Below, one piece after another: positions 1-8,813 of a DNA stretch of 46,595 nt (the first letter of the stretch is position 1; each line of letters opens with the position of its first letter). Source of the DNA: Fimbriimonadales bacterium. GTDB taxonomy: Bacteria > Armatimonadota > Fimbriimonadia > Fimbriimonadales > JABRVX01. The stretch spans positions 1 to 46,595 of the forward strand of contig BTVI01000025.1 of the NCBI GenBank assembly GCA_045862955.1, in the 5' to 3' direction. A model generated the notes under the pieces. It ran no database searches. It was given only the letters and a program-made list of their open reading frames with translations, and was not told the origin of the DNA. A program made the translations under genes and the position numbers.

Positions 1-35
1 TGTGGCAAGAGACGGTAGGGGTACGGCAGGCGAGG

Positions 36-450
36 GCACGCTTCGACAGGCTCAGCGTGACGATGTGGCTGGGCCCCGAGAGCCATCCCTAGCCCGGCAG
101 CTCGAAGTACAAGCTTAGCCGGGACGGAATCACCGCCTCCTCCTTTCATGCCTCGGCGTTTCGGCTGCCGGTGCCGCGAGCCTTCCGACCACCGCTGACC
201 CCTGCAGCCGAACGGCGAGGCTCCCAGACGCCCCGGCGCGGTCCCTTGCTCTGCGGCCGCCCATCCGGGAGGCAGTAATCGACGGGACGCGGGCCGGGGC
301 ATGGAACGGCGAGGCTCCCAGAGTGCCCCGGCGCGGTCCCTGGCTCTGCAGCAGCCGATCCGAGTGGCAGTAGCCGACGGGACGCGGGCCGGGGCATGGA
401 AACAACAAGCCCCCCGGCTCCGCAGACCCTCCCCTCCCCGCGCCCGCGAG
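36..450. repeat. Mosaic cluster of REP-like palindromes: family B (36-64), family C (148-221), two family A copies (230-302, 324-397), family D-like (~412-450)
   Basis: Each motif recurs elsewhere: B GCAYGCTTCGACAGGCTCAGCRTGAC at 21411 and 21603; C TGCCTMG..TTCGGCTGC...GCAGCCGAAC..CGAGGC at 37692, 37792, 38086; A at 10284, 12356, 21268; D matches the reverse complement of ~37980-38010. Confidence 0.85.
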
Positions 451-587
451 GTCAAGCTGATAGTAGAGTTGATAACTCGCATAAGCAAGCCCTCCCCGTG
501 CCCGTGAGGACAAGCTTCCGAATCCCTCCAAGGGGACGGGCCCCGAGTACTCCACCGCGGGAGCGGGGGTGCTGTGCGAGGACGGTC

Positions 588-1706
588 CTACCTCAGATTC
601 TCCGGATTCAGCGGTTGGAGCTCGGGGAGCACGAAGAGGCCGTCTTTGCGCACCAGGACGTCGTCGAAGTACATCTCGCCGCCGCCATAGTCCGCACGTT
701 GGATGCACACGAAGTCCCAGTGCACCGAAGACTTGTTGCCGTTGTCCGCCTCGTCGTAGGCGTTGCCAGGTGTCAAGTGGAACGACCCCGCAATCTTCTC
801 GTCGAACAGCGTGTCCTTCATCGGGTGCAGCACGTAGGGGTTGAAGCCGATAGCGAACTCGCCGAAATACCGGGCTCCCTCGTCGGTGTCTAGAATGGAG
901 TTGAGCTTGTCCGACTTGGACTGTGCCTCGGCCTCCACCACCTTGCCGTCCTTGACCACCAGCCGGACGCCGGAGAACACGGTGCCATCCCGCAGGCTCT
1001 CGGTGTTGAACGTGATGACCCCGTTGACCGACTCCTTGACTGGCGCAGTGAAGATCTCCCCATCTGGAATGTTCATCTCACCGCAGCAGGGAACGCAAGG
1101 GATGTCTTTGATGCTGAATGTTAGGTCCGTACCCGGTCCCACCAGTCGGACGCGGTCGGTCTTGGACATCAGTTCCTGGAGCGGCTCGACCGCCTTGGCC
1201 ATCTTGGCGTAATCCGCCGTGCACACCTCGAAGTAGAAGTCCTCGAACGCCTCGGTACTCATACCGGCCTGCTGCGCCATGCTCGGCGAGGGCCAGCGCA
1301 GCACCACCCACTTGGTCTTGGGTACCCGGGTCTGGAAGTGGACCGGCTGGGCGTAATGGGTCAGCCACATCTTCAGCGTCTCGTCGGGCACATCGGAGCT
1401 CTCTGCGTAGTTATGGCCACCTCGCAGACCGACATAGGCTTGCATGTGCTCCATACGAGCTTTGTCCCACTCGGCCTGCGCCTTGGTTACGCTCTCGTTC
1501 ACTCCCAACAGGAACCGCCGTTGAACGACGGCATGGTAGGTGTCCACGAACACGTTCGCGCCGGCCTCCTGCGCCACGCGCACCAACTCCGCGGTGCAGT
1601 CAGGCGGAATGTCGAACGCCTCGACCAGCACGTTCTCGCCCGGCTGAAGCCGGGTCGAGTGGCGGACCAGCAGCTCTGCTAGCCTAGTCATCCTCGGGTC
1701 TTTCAT
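588..1706 (-). CDS. Aminopeptidase, peptidase M29 (AmpS/PepS, aminopeptidase T) family
   Basis: Motifs NIPDGEIFTAP, GEFAIG, LFDEK, H...G.AY, SSVHWD; ATG at 1706 follows GGAGG, so the ORF-track start at 1871 is too long. Confidence 0.9.
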   Translation of the reverse strand: MKDPRMTRLAELLVRHSTRLQPGENVLVEAFDIPPDCTAELVRVAQEAGANVFVDTYHAVVQRRFLLGVNESVTKAQAEWDKARMEHMQAYVGLRGGHNYAESSDVPDETLKMWLTHYAQPVHFQTRVPKTKWVVLRWPSPSMAQQAGMSTEAFEDFYFEVCTADYAKMAKAVEPLQELMSKTDRVRLVGPGTDLTFSIKDIPCVPCCGEMNIPDGEIFTAPVKESVNGVITFNTESLRDGTVFSGVRLVVKDGKVVEAEAQSKSDKLNSILDTDEGARYFGEFAIGFNPYVLHPMKDTLFDEKIAGSFHLTPGNAYDEADNGNKSSVHWDFVCIQRADYGGGEMYFDDVLVRKDGLFVLPELQPLNPENLR

Positions 1707-1983
1707 CCTGGCTCCTCCCTTTCCGCGGATTCTACCGGCGGGTGCGGACGGCCGAACGTGGAAACCCCGCCCTTGGACCCTGTACGCGTTCGTGGAGCAC
1801 TCGAGTACCTGTCGCGTCTCACCTTGTCTCGGGAGCCGTGAGACGAGCAGGATTGCGGGGTTCCACGGCAACCCGAAAACCCAGTTCAGGTTCTGGTCAC
1901 TCTGGCAGCCGGCCTGTCCGACAATCCTGGGCGAAGGCAGGGACAGGATGTCCGCGCCGTGACCGAACAGGGAGGTCGTAGGA

Positions 1984-3195
1984 ATGCCACGCTTTGCCTA
2001 TAGCGCGGTGGACCCCGCGGGACGCAACGTCCGAGGCGTGATCGAAGCCGACTCGGAGGAACACGTCCTGAGCCGTCTGCACGAGCAGCAGATGCATGTA
2101 ACCAGCGTCAAGCTGGCAAGGGGCGGAGCGGGTGCCCGCAGTGCCCTCTTGAAGCCCAAGAAGCCCAAGCTGCAGTCGCTCGTTATCTTCTCGCGTCAGT
2201 TCGCTACGATGATCAATGCAGGCATCCCCATTCTTCGCTGCTTGGACATTCTGGCGGGGCAGATCAAGGACCCGGCTCTGCGCGAGGCCCTCGAGCAGGT
2301 CCGCGCGGACGTGAAGGGAGGCCAGTCCCTCAACGAGGCGATGGCCAAGCACCCGATGGTGTTCAACCGCCTGTACGTCAACATGATCCGTGCGGCCGAG
2401 GTGGGAGGCATCCTGGATACGATCCTGGATCGACTCGCGCAGTTCCTCGAGTCGGAGATGGAGATTCGTACCAAGATCAAGTCCGCGATGATGTACCCGG
2501 TGATGGTACTGATAGCCTCTGCCTTGATGTTGTTCGCCCTCTTCACCTTCGTGCTACCGAAGTTCAAGGACATCTTTGCCGGCATGGGTGTGGAGATGCC
2601 ACCTGTCACTGCCGCGCTGTTTGCGATGGGTGACTTCATGAAGGCATTCTGGTGGGTCATCATCGGGGCAGGCTTCGGGATGTTCTTGGCGATGAAGTTC
2701 TACGGGCGCACGAAGAAGGGGCGCTACCAGTTCGACTATATGAAGCTGCGCATGCCCATCGTGGGCGAACTGAGCCTCAAGATGTCTCTTGCGAGATTTG
2801 CGAGGACGTTCGGCACCCTAATAGCCAGTGGTGTTCCGATGATGCGCTCTTTGGAGATCGTCGGTGAGACCACTGGCAACGCGGTTCTCTCCAGCGCGAT
2901 AGATGTGGCAAGAGGCAGCATTCGGGAAGGCAAGCAACTCAGTGCGCCGCTCGCGGCCAGCGGCCTCTTTCCTGCCATGGTCACGCAGATGATAGACGTC
3001 GGCGAGGAAAGTGGGCGTCTCAACGAGATGCTGGTCAAAGTGTCGGACTTCTATGACACCGAGGTAGCGCAAGCCGTCAAGGGTCTCACCTCGATGATCG
3101 AGCCACTGCTCATCGTGGTCATGGGTGGCATCGTCGGCTTCATCGCAATCTCGGTCATGACACCTATCTTCAAGCTGGTCAACTCGGTTCAATAG
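1984..3195 (+). CDS. pilC: Type IV pilus / T2SS inner-membrane platform protein (PilC/GspF family)
   Basis: FSRQFATMINAG, AAEVGG.L, IKSAMMYP, GEESG.L, IEP.LIV; two T2SSF repeats. Confidence 0.93.
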   Translation: MPRFAYSAVDPAGRNVRGVIEADSEEHVLSRLHEQQMHVTSVKLARGGAGARSALLKPKKPKLQSLVIFSRQFATMINAGIPILRCLDILAGQIKDPALREALEQVRADVKGGQSLNEAMAKHPMVFNRLYVNMIRAAEVGGILDTILDRLAQFLESEMEIRTKIKSAMMYPVMVLIASALMLFALFTFVLPKFKDIFAGMGVEMPPVTAALFAMGDFMKAFWWVIIGAGFGMFLAMKFYGRTKKGRYQFDYMKLRMPIVGELSLKMSLARFARTFGTLIASGVPMMRSLEIVGETTGNAVLSSAIDVARGSIREGKQLSAPLAASGLFPAMVTQMIDVGEESGRLNEMLVKVSDFYDTEVAQAVKGLTSMIEPLLIVVMGGIVGFIAISVMTPIFKLVNSVQ

Positions 3196-3285
3196 CGACC
3201 TGTTACAGCTCAGGCGTGCACAGGAAGTGTGCGCCGAGGCCCAACAGACCCCGGGCTAGCCGGGGGACCAAGGAGGAACATCACG

Positions 3286-4572
3286 TTGGGGGATTGCGCT
3301 CGAATCAGGATGGACCCTGAAGAGATGGTAGCGCTGTATTCACGGACCAAAGAGCCCGACTTGAGGGACGCCGTGACCTTGCACTACGCAGGGATGGTTG
3401 AACGCATCGCTCGTCGCTTCGCAGGATCATCGGAGCCGATCGAAGACCTGGCGCAGGTCGGTTTCATCGGCCTGCTCAACGCACTGGAGCTTTTCGACCC
3501 CAGCAAAGGGGTCAAGTTTTCCACCTACGCCACACACCTGGTGGCAGGAGAGATCAAGCACCACCTACGTGACAAGGGAAAGATCATCAAGGAGCCCGCT
3601 TGGTTGCAGGAGCTGAACCAGCGGATCAACCGTATCATCCAGTCTCTCGCGCAGGAGCTGGGACGTCAGCCAACGGCCGCGGAGATCGCCGCGAACATGC
3701 GCATGACCGAAGAGGCGATCACCGAGGTACTGATGACGCGGGACGTGTTCAAGGTGCTCTCGATTGACGGTGCGACCGACGAAGACGACAGTGACAAGCC
3801 CTACGACCTAGACAAGATGGAGCCTCATGAAGAAGCTACCTTTCAGCTTCCTATCGAGGACAAGATGGTTCTCGAGACCGCCGTGATCCACCTCAAAGAG
3901 GTGGAGCAGAAGGTGATCCATCTCTTCTTCTACGATGGTCTCAACCAGACGGAGATCGCCGCTGCGTTGGACATCTCCTGCAACTACGTGTCACACATCC
4001 TAAGGCACTCCGTTCAGAAACTGCGCAAGATCCTGGTAACAGAGGACCTCAAGGATCGTCAGTTGCGCATCCGTCACGCACCCGACAGCGAAAGCGACGT
4101 GATGGACGACCAGACCGGCCTCTACGGACCCGACTACTTTCGCTCGCGGCTGTCCGAGGAGATCCAACGCGCTTCGCTCGATGGCTCCAAGATGTCGGTG
4201 GCGATCGTTCGGTTCCACGGACTCGAACAGCTGCGCAGTTTCTACGGGGATATGACGGTTGGGGAGTTCCTCACGCAAGCGGGCACCGTGATCCGCGGCA
4301 ACATCCGGAAGCTCGACGTGCTGTGTCGCGAAGGCGAGTTCGCCTTTGGCGTCATCCTCCCTCACGTCGAGCGTATGCGGGTGGAGATAGACGCGCTCTT
4401 GGAGCAGAAGCTGGCCGAGTGGCTCGACCGGCTGTTTTCTGCGAAGGGGCAGGTCGGTTTTCGCGTCGGACGCGCGGACTTCCCAGACGACGGCTCGACC
4501 CTTCGCGAGTTGCTCGACACCGCCTCACGTGCGGCGGACTGGGAAGCCAGCCTCCTGCGGCAGGCAGCCTGA
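3286..4572 (+). CDS. SigB/SigF/SigG-family sigma-70 factor fused to a C-terminal degenerate GGDEF domain
   Basis: Region 2 EDLAQVGFIGL..A...FDP.KG.KFSTYA....GEIKHHLRD; region 3 ELGRQPT; region 4 LNQTEIA..L.IS...VS; then D..TGLY...YF...L.EEI.RA and RKLD...REGEFAF. TTG start after AGGAGG (ATG 3310 is an alternative). Confidence 0.88.
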   Translation: MGDCARIRMDPEEMVALYSRTKEPDLRDAVTLHYAGMVERIARRFAGSSEPIEDLAQVGFIGLLNALELFDPSKGVKFSTYATHLVAGEIKHHLRDKGKIIKEPAWLQELNQRINRIIQSLAQELGRQPTAAEIAANMRMTEEAITEVLMTRDVFKVLSIDGATDEDDSDKPYDLDKMEPHEEATFQLPIEDKMVLETAVIHLKEVEQKVIHLFFYDGLNQTEIAAALDISCNYVSHILRHSVQKLRKILVTEDLKDRQLRIRHAPDSESDVMDDQTGLYGPDYFRSRLSEEIQRASLDGSKMSVAIVRFHGLEQLRSFYGDMTVGEFLTQAGTVIRGNIRKLDVLCREGEFAFGVILPHVERMRVEIDALLEQKLAEWLDRLFSAKGQVGFRVGRADFPDDGSTLRELLDTASRAADWEASLLRQAA

Positions 4573-4615
4573 CAACCGGAACCTGGATGGCAGGACCGCG
4601 CCACATGGCGCGGTC

Positions 4616-5602
4616 CTATCTTCTTGTCTTCTTCACGAACCCGAAGGACGCAGGTATCCATCCCATGCGCGGCCAAAAGCGGCTGGAGAGCGGGTTCCAC
4701 GGACAGTACACTAGCTCCCAGCGCTGTGCACCCTTCTTGGCCAGCTCGGCTGCAAGGGCGAGGCAGAGCGCCCGGCCAACTCCCCGTCCGCGATGCTTCG
4801 CGGTGGTGCCCACGGACCGCAGGAAGCCCATCCTGGCCTCGGGCAGCAGCAGGGACGGTCTAAGCATCGCATACCCGACCCGGCCATCGGCAACCGCGAT
4901 CACTTGACCGTCTTCCTCCGCATATAGCGAGACGCCGTTCACGTCGCGGATCACCTCCTCGCAACCTTTGAGTTGGCGTTCGCGCACGTTGGGATAGTCC
5001 GTACGTTGGGATGGCGCGCACTCGGCGTGGTAGCGCAGTTCCTCCAAGTGGCAGTCCACCACACGTTGGCCGTCTCCCGGTTTCGCAATCCGGATTTCGA
5101 CTCCCATGGGCGGTGCTGGCAGGTCACCGAGCGGCTTCGTGCGTACGCAGTGGGCATACGCGGGGTCGAAGCCGTGGCGGGCCACTAACGCCGCGGTCTC
5201 GGCATCACAGGCATGGAAACAGACGTAGGTAGCCTCTACCCTGCGTGCCCTCGCCGCCTCGTCCATGGCATCGAAGAGCTCCCGAGCGTCGCAGCTATCG
5301 GTCGGCCGAATCCACGCGACGTTCCACACGAGGCTCGTGCGAAACACGATCTCTTGGGCCGGATCGTCTTTGCGGAGGTTCCAAACGATGCCCTGAGCGA
5401 TAATGCGCCAGCCTGCGGAGTCACGAAGCGCGAGGGCAAGCCCCCCTTCATCCACGGATCGCAGAATCTGCGATTCGAAGTATTCGGTCAGTTCCGGCAG
5501 CACGACGAGGCGAGGGTCGCGTGCGGCGAGAGCCGATGCATAGGCGGTCCACTCCACCGCCGGTTCACGGGCCTGTCTCGCCGTGATCCGGACGAGTTCC
5601 AT
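4616..5602 (-). CDS. GNAT-family acetyltransferase, probably tandem GNAT domains
   Basis: C-terminal V.T...HRGRGVGRAL acetyl-CoA motif and N..S.RFW...G; a degenerate N-terminal GNAT ends in RHGF. Confidence 0.75.
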   Translation of the reverse strand: MELVRITARQAREPAVEWTAYASALAARDPRLVVLPELTEYFESQILRSVDEGGLALALRDSAGWRIIAQGIVWNLRKDDPAQEIVFRTSLVWNVAWIRPTDSCDARELFDAMDEAARARRVEATYVCFHACDAETAALVARHGFDPAYAHCVRTKPLGDLPAPPMGVEIRIAKPGDGQRVVDCHLEELRYHAECAPSQRTDYPNVRERQLKGCEEVIRDVNGVSLYAEEDGQVIAVADGRVGYAMLRPSLLLPEARMGFLRSVGTTAKHRGRGVGRALCLALAAELAKKGAQRWELVYCPWNPLSSRFWPRMGWIPASFGFVKKTRR

Positions 5603-5603
5603 G

Positions 5604-6992
5604 TTATGCCAGCGCCTTGCGCAGTAGATTCTCTCCCTCGGTGGCGAGACGTGCCGCTACCGACGCCTCTTCTGCCTCGGCGTAGATGCGCACGACCGGC
5701 TCGGTTCCCGAAGCTCTCAGCATCAGGAAGCGTCCCCCTTCGAGCTCGAAGAGGGTCCCGTCCATGCGGTTGGTTTCGAGTACTCCGAAACCACCCACTT
5801 CGGCAAGGCTCAACCCGTTTACAACGTCCCTCAGCGCCGCCATCTCCGAGCGCTGGAACTGGGCGTCGATCCGGTGATACCAGTGCGGCCCGACTTCCGC
5901 AAACACCTCCTCCACGAGCTGGCCGAGGGTCTTACCGCTCATCACGATGGCTTCCATCAGCAGCAGTGCCATCAGCATCGCATCACGCTCAGGGAGGTTC
6001 TGCGTAACACCCATGCCGCCCGATTCCTCGCCACCCATCAGCACCCCGCCCTCCAGCATCTTCTCCACGATATGCTTGAAGCCGACGGGGGTCACGTAGC
6101 AGCGGACGCCGTAGCGAGCGGCCAACTTGTCGATCATCCGGGTGGTGGTAAGGGTCTTCACCACGTCGCCGGTTTGCCCCCGCCGCTCGCGCAGATGTTT
6201 GAAGGCAATGGCGAAGATGCGATGGCTGTCCACGAAGGAACCGTTCTCATCGATCGCAGCCAACCTATCGGCGTCCCCATCGAACGCGATTCCCAGGTCC
6301 CTTCCCTTGGCGGCTTCCACCAACGGGCCCAACATCTCGAAGATGGGTTCGGGGTGAATGCCCGGGAAGATGGGATTTCGCTCCTCGCGTATCGCGACGA
6401 TGTCCATCTTCGGCAGAAGACGCGCAAAGTTGCCGGCCCCCGCGCCATACATCGCGTCGAAGGCGAGACGCAAGCCCGAAGCCTGGATTCGCTCCACCTC
6501 CACTTGGCGCCCGAGCCGTTCGAAGTAAGCGGGCAAGAAGTCGACTACTTCCGTGGTCCCACTGTCGGAACCATGGGGGTCGCCCTGATACAGCTTCTTC
6601 TCGATGGCGTCCGTGATCTCCGTGATCGCCGCGCCGCCGTAATAGGGCTTGAACTTCAGACCGTGGAAGATGCCGGGGTTGTGGCTGGCGGTGAACACAC
6701 AGGCGCCTTGGGCCTGGTGTGCCAGCACTCCCGCGGACAGGGCGGGTGTGGCAGTCGGCTTGTCGTTCAGCACCACGTCGAAACCGAAGGAGTTGAGCGT
6801 CCGGGCGCACGCTTCGGCGAACTGCTCGGACATCATGCGGCAGTCGTGACCTACCACGACGAGTCGCTTGCCAGGGGGATTGGCTTCGAGAAGGTAACGG
6901 GCGGTCGCTGCCGCCACGATCTCTACATTCGCGATGGTGAAATCGTCTGCAATGACACCGCGCCACCCTTCGGTGCCGAACTTGATCCTCAT
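5604..6992 (-). CDS. Phosphoglucomutase/phosphomannomutase family
   Basis: FGTEGWRG, TASHNP, DGDADR, GEESGG, RASGTEP. Confidence 0.95.
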   Translation of the reverse strand: MRIKFGTEGWRGVIADDFTIANVEIVAAATARYLLEANPPGKRLVVVGHDCRMMSEQFAEACARTLNSFGFDVVLNDKPTATPALSAGVLAHQAQGACVFTASHNPGIFHGLKFKPYYGGAAITEITDAIEKKLYQGDPHGSDSGTTEVVDFLPAYFERLGRQVEVERIQASGLRLAFDAMYGAGAGNFARLLPKMDIVAIREERNPIFPGIHPEPIFEMLGPLVEAAKGRDLGIAFDGDADRLAAIDENGSFVDSHRIFAIAFKHLRERRGQTGDVVKTLTTTRMIDKLAARYGVRCYVTPVGFKHIVEKMLEGGVLMGGEESGGMGVTQNLPERDAMLMALLLMEAIVMSGKTLGQLVEEVFAEVGPHWYHRIDAQFQRSEMAALRDVVNGLSLAEVGGFGVLETNRMDGTLFELEGGRFLMLRASGTEPVVRIYAEAEEASVAARLATEGENLLRKALA

Positions 6993-7011
6993 GCTGTCTC
7001 CCGGAAAGATG

Positions 7012-8376
7012 TTATGCGCGCCTGCGCCGACTGGACAGGATGTTCAGCCGCTCGCGGTACTTGTTGATAGTTCTACGAGCGACCTGGATACCCTGCTCCT
7101 TCAGCATCTGGGAGATGCGTTCGTCGCTGAGAGGGCAGCCCGGGTTTTCATGCCGAAGAATCTCTTCGATCGCCTTCTGCACGCGGAGTGCCGGCTTGAA
7201 GAATACGTCGAACGGCACCACTTCCTGACTGGGGAGCTGAACGAACTTCCCCATCGTTGCGCGGGAGACCGTGCTTTCGTGCACGCCGATCTCGCGAGCA
7301 AGCTGCATGCGCGTTAGCGGCCGGAGGAAGCGATAAGACCCGGTGGCAATGAAGCCAGACTGCGTTTGCAGCAGATAGTCCACGATACGACGCACCGTGC
7401 GACGCCGCTGCTGTATGCTCGCGATGAAGTTCTGTGCACGGTCGACATATTGCACCACGTGTGATCGCTCTTCACCGGATAGACGCGCCCGTTGCTGGTG
7501 GAGCCTGCGGTACCTCTCGTTGATGGTTAGCGCAGCGGGATCGAACCCTCGAATCTCTACCTCGTAACCTGCATCGGTTCGGCGAATGACGACGTCGGGT
7601 GTGACGCTGGGTGCTGGCGCGGAAGAGAAATGCTCCCAATCGGCTCGAAATGCCTCGCCCGGGAACGGATTGAGACGCGCGATCAGGGATGCTGCGGACT
7701 GCACGACGAATGGCCGCGCCCCATAGCGCCGACCGATCCGGGCGTATCGTTGCTTGGTGAACTCCTCCCAGCACTCTGAAATCATGTGTATGGCCAGGTC
7801 TCGCACCGGCTCGGCAGGCATCTGCCTGAGCTGGATAAGAAGGCACTCGCGCAGGTCACGTGCGCCCACTCCCGCCGGCTCGCACTGGTGCAGCTTCTCG
7901 AGCACCTCCTCGACGTCTTCCATCGTGGCGCCGAAGGTGAGCGCCAGCTCTTCCACCTGCATGTCCAGGTAACCCCGGTCGTTGACGGCATCCACCACGT
8001 TCGCGCCGAGGCTTTGAAGCCGCTCCGGCAGCATCGGCAGAAGTTGCGCGCGAAGGTGGTCGGCGAGCGACACCGGGGCGACTACGAAGTCTGTCCAGTC
8101 GTGACTGTCCTCGGGGTCATACGGCTTGGTCGGGACGGTATCCTCGGCGAAGGAGAAGCGCGCACCGGCCCTCATCAGCAGCTGGTCCGCGATGGCGCCT
8201 TCGTCGAGGGGCTCCTGCTCTTGATCCACTATCTCTAGAGCAGGGTTTTCGGCCAGCTCGGCCTCGACGGCCTGCTCGAGTTCGGCCTGGGTCATCTGTA
8301 GTAAGGTGCTGGTAAGCACCAGCTTGGGGTCTACGCGGGTGGAAACCTGAACTTCGGCTCGCTGCGTGTTCTGCAA
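7012..8376 (-). CDS. rpoN: RNA polymerase sigma-54 factor
   Basis: ENPALE, EPAGVGARDLRECLLIQL, HESTVSRA, RpoN box ARRTINKYR; TTG start 9 nt after AAAGGAG. Confidence 0.95.
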   Translation of the reverse strand: MQNTQRAEVQVSTRVDPKLVLTSTLLQMTQAELEQAVEAELAENPALEIVDQEQEPLDEGAIADQLLMRAGARFSFAEDTVPTKPYDPEDSHDWTDFVVAPVSLADHLRAQLLPMLPERLQSLGANVVDAVNDRGYLDMQVEELALTFGATMEDVEEVLEKLHQCEPAGVGARDLRECLLIQLRQMPAEPVRDLAIHMISECWEEFTKQRYARIGRRYGARPFVVQSAASLIARLNPFPGEAFRADWEHFSSAPAPSVTPDVVIRRTDAGYEVEIRGFDPAALTINERYRRLHQQRARLSGEERSHVVQYVDRAQNFIASIQQRRRTVRRIVDYLLQTQSGFIATGSYRFLRPLTRMQLAREIGVHESTVSRATMGKFVQLPSQEVVPFDVFFKPALRVQKAIEEILRHENPGCPLSDERISQMLKEQGIQVARRTINKYRERLNILSSRRRRA

Positions 8377-8513
8377 GGGCCCGTGCTCCTTTCCCGATAA
8401 GCCGCAAGAGCATGCTTGCACAGATCGTATGCCCTACCGCGGCTCGAAGCTAATATCGTGCTTTGCCGGTTTGCCCGACGCGAATGCTAGAATCACCGGG
8501 TTGGGAGGCGCAG

Positions 8514-8813
8514 ATGGCCCTGAGCATCGAACAGGTACGTCACATAGCTAAGTTGGCTAGGTTACAGATGACGGAAGAAGAGATGGAGGCAATGCTTCCG
8601 CACCTGCAGGAGATGGTAGATTTGTTCGGTCGCCTCAGCCAGGTGGATACCGAGGGTCTCGAGCCTACATCGCATTCCGTGCCCGTGGAGAACGTGTGGC
8701 GGGAGGACGAACCGGCCCCGCCGAGCGATCCTGTTCCGATCTTACAAGCCGCCGCCGAGGCTCGTGACGGCTTGTTCCTAGTACCTGCCATCCTGACCCA
8801 GGACGAAGCATGA
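8514..8813 (+). CDS. gatC: Asp/Glu-tRNA amidotransferase subunit C
   Basis: V.HIAKLARL, VDTEGLEPT, REDEP, F.VP.I; GGAGG RBS. Confidence 0.93.
   Translation: MALSIEQVRHIAKLARLQMTEEEMEAMLPHLQEMVDLFGRLSQVDTEGLEPTSHSVPVENVWREDEPAPPSDPVPILQAAAEARDGLFLVPAILTQDEA

Noticed and set aside
130..708. ORFs over repeat clusters (also 21213-21836 and 37585-38345)
   Set aside because: Translations of palindromic repeats with no protein motifs
1870..1983. c-di-GMP-I/II riboswitch before pilC
   Set aside because: Consensus elements not found
5874..7067. Long antisense or alternative-frame ORFs (also 35236-36447, 44943-46028)
   Set aside because: Shadow ORFs of real genes, typical of GC-rich DNA
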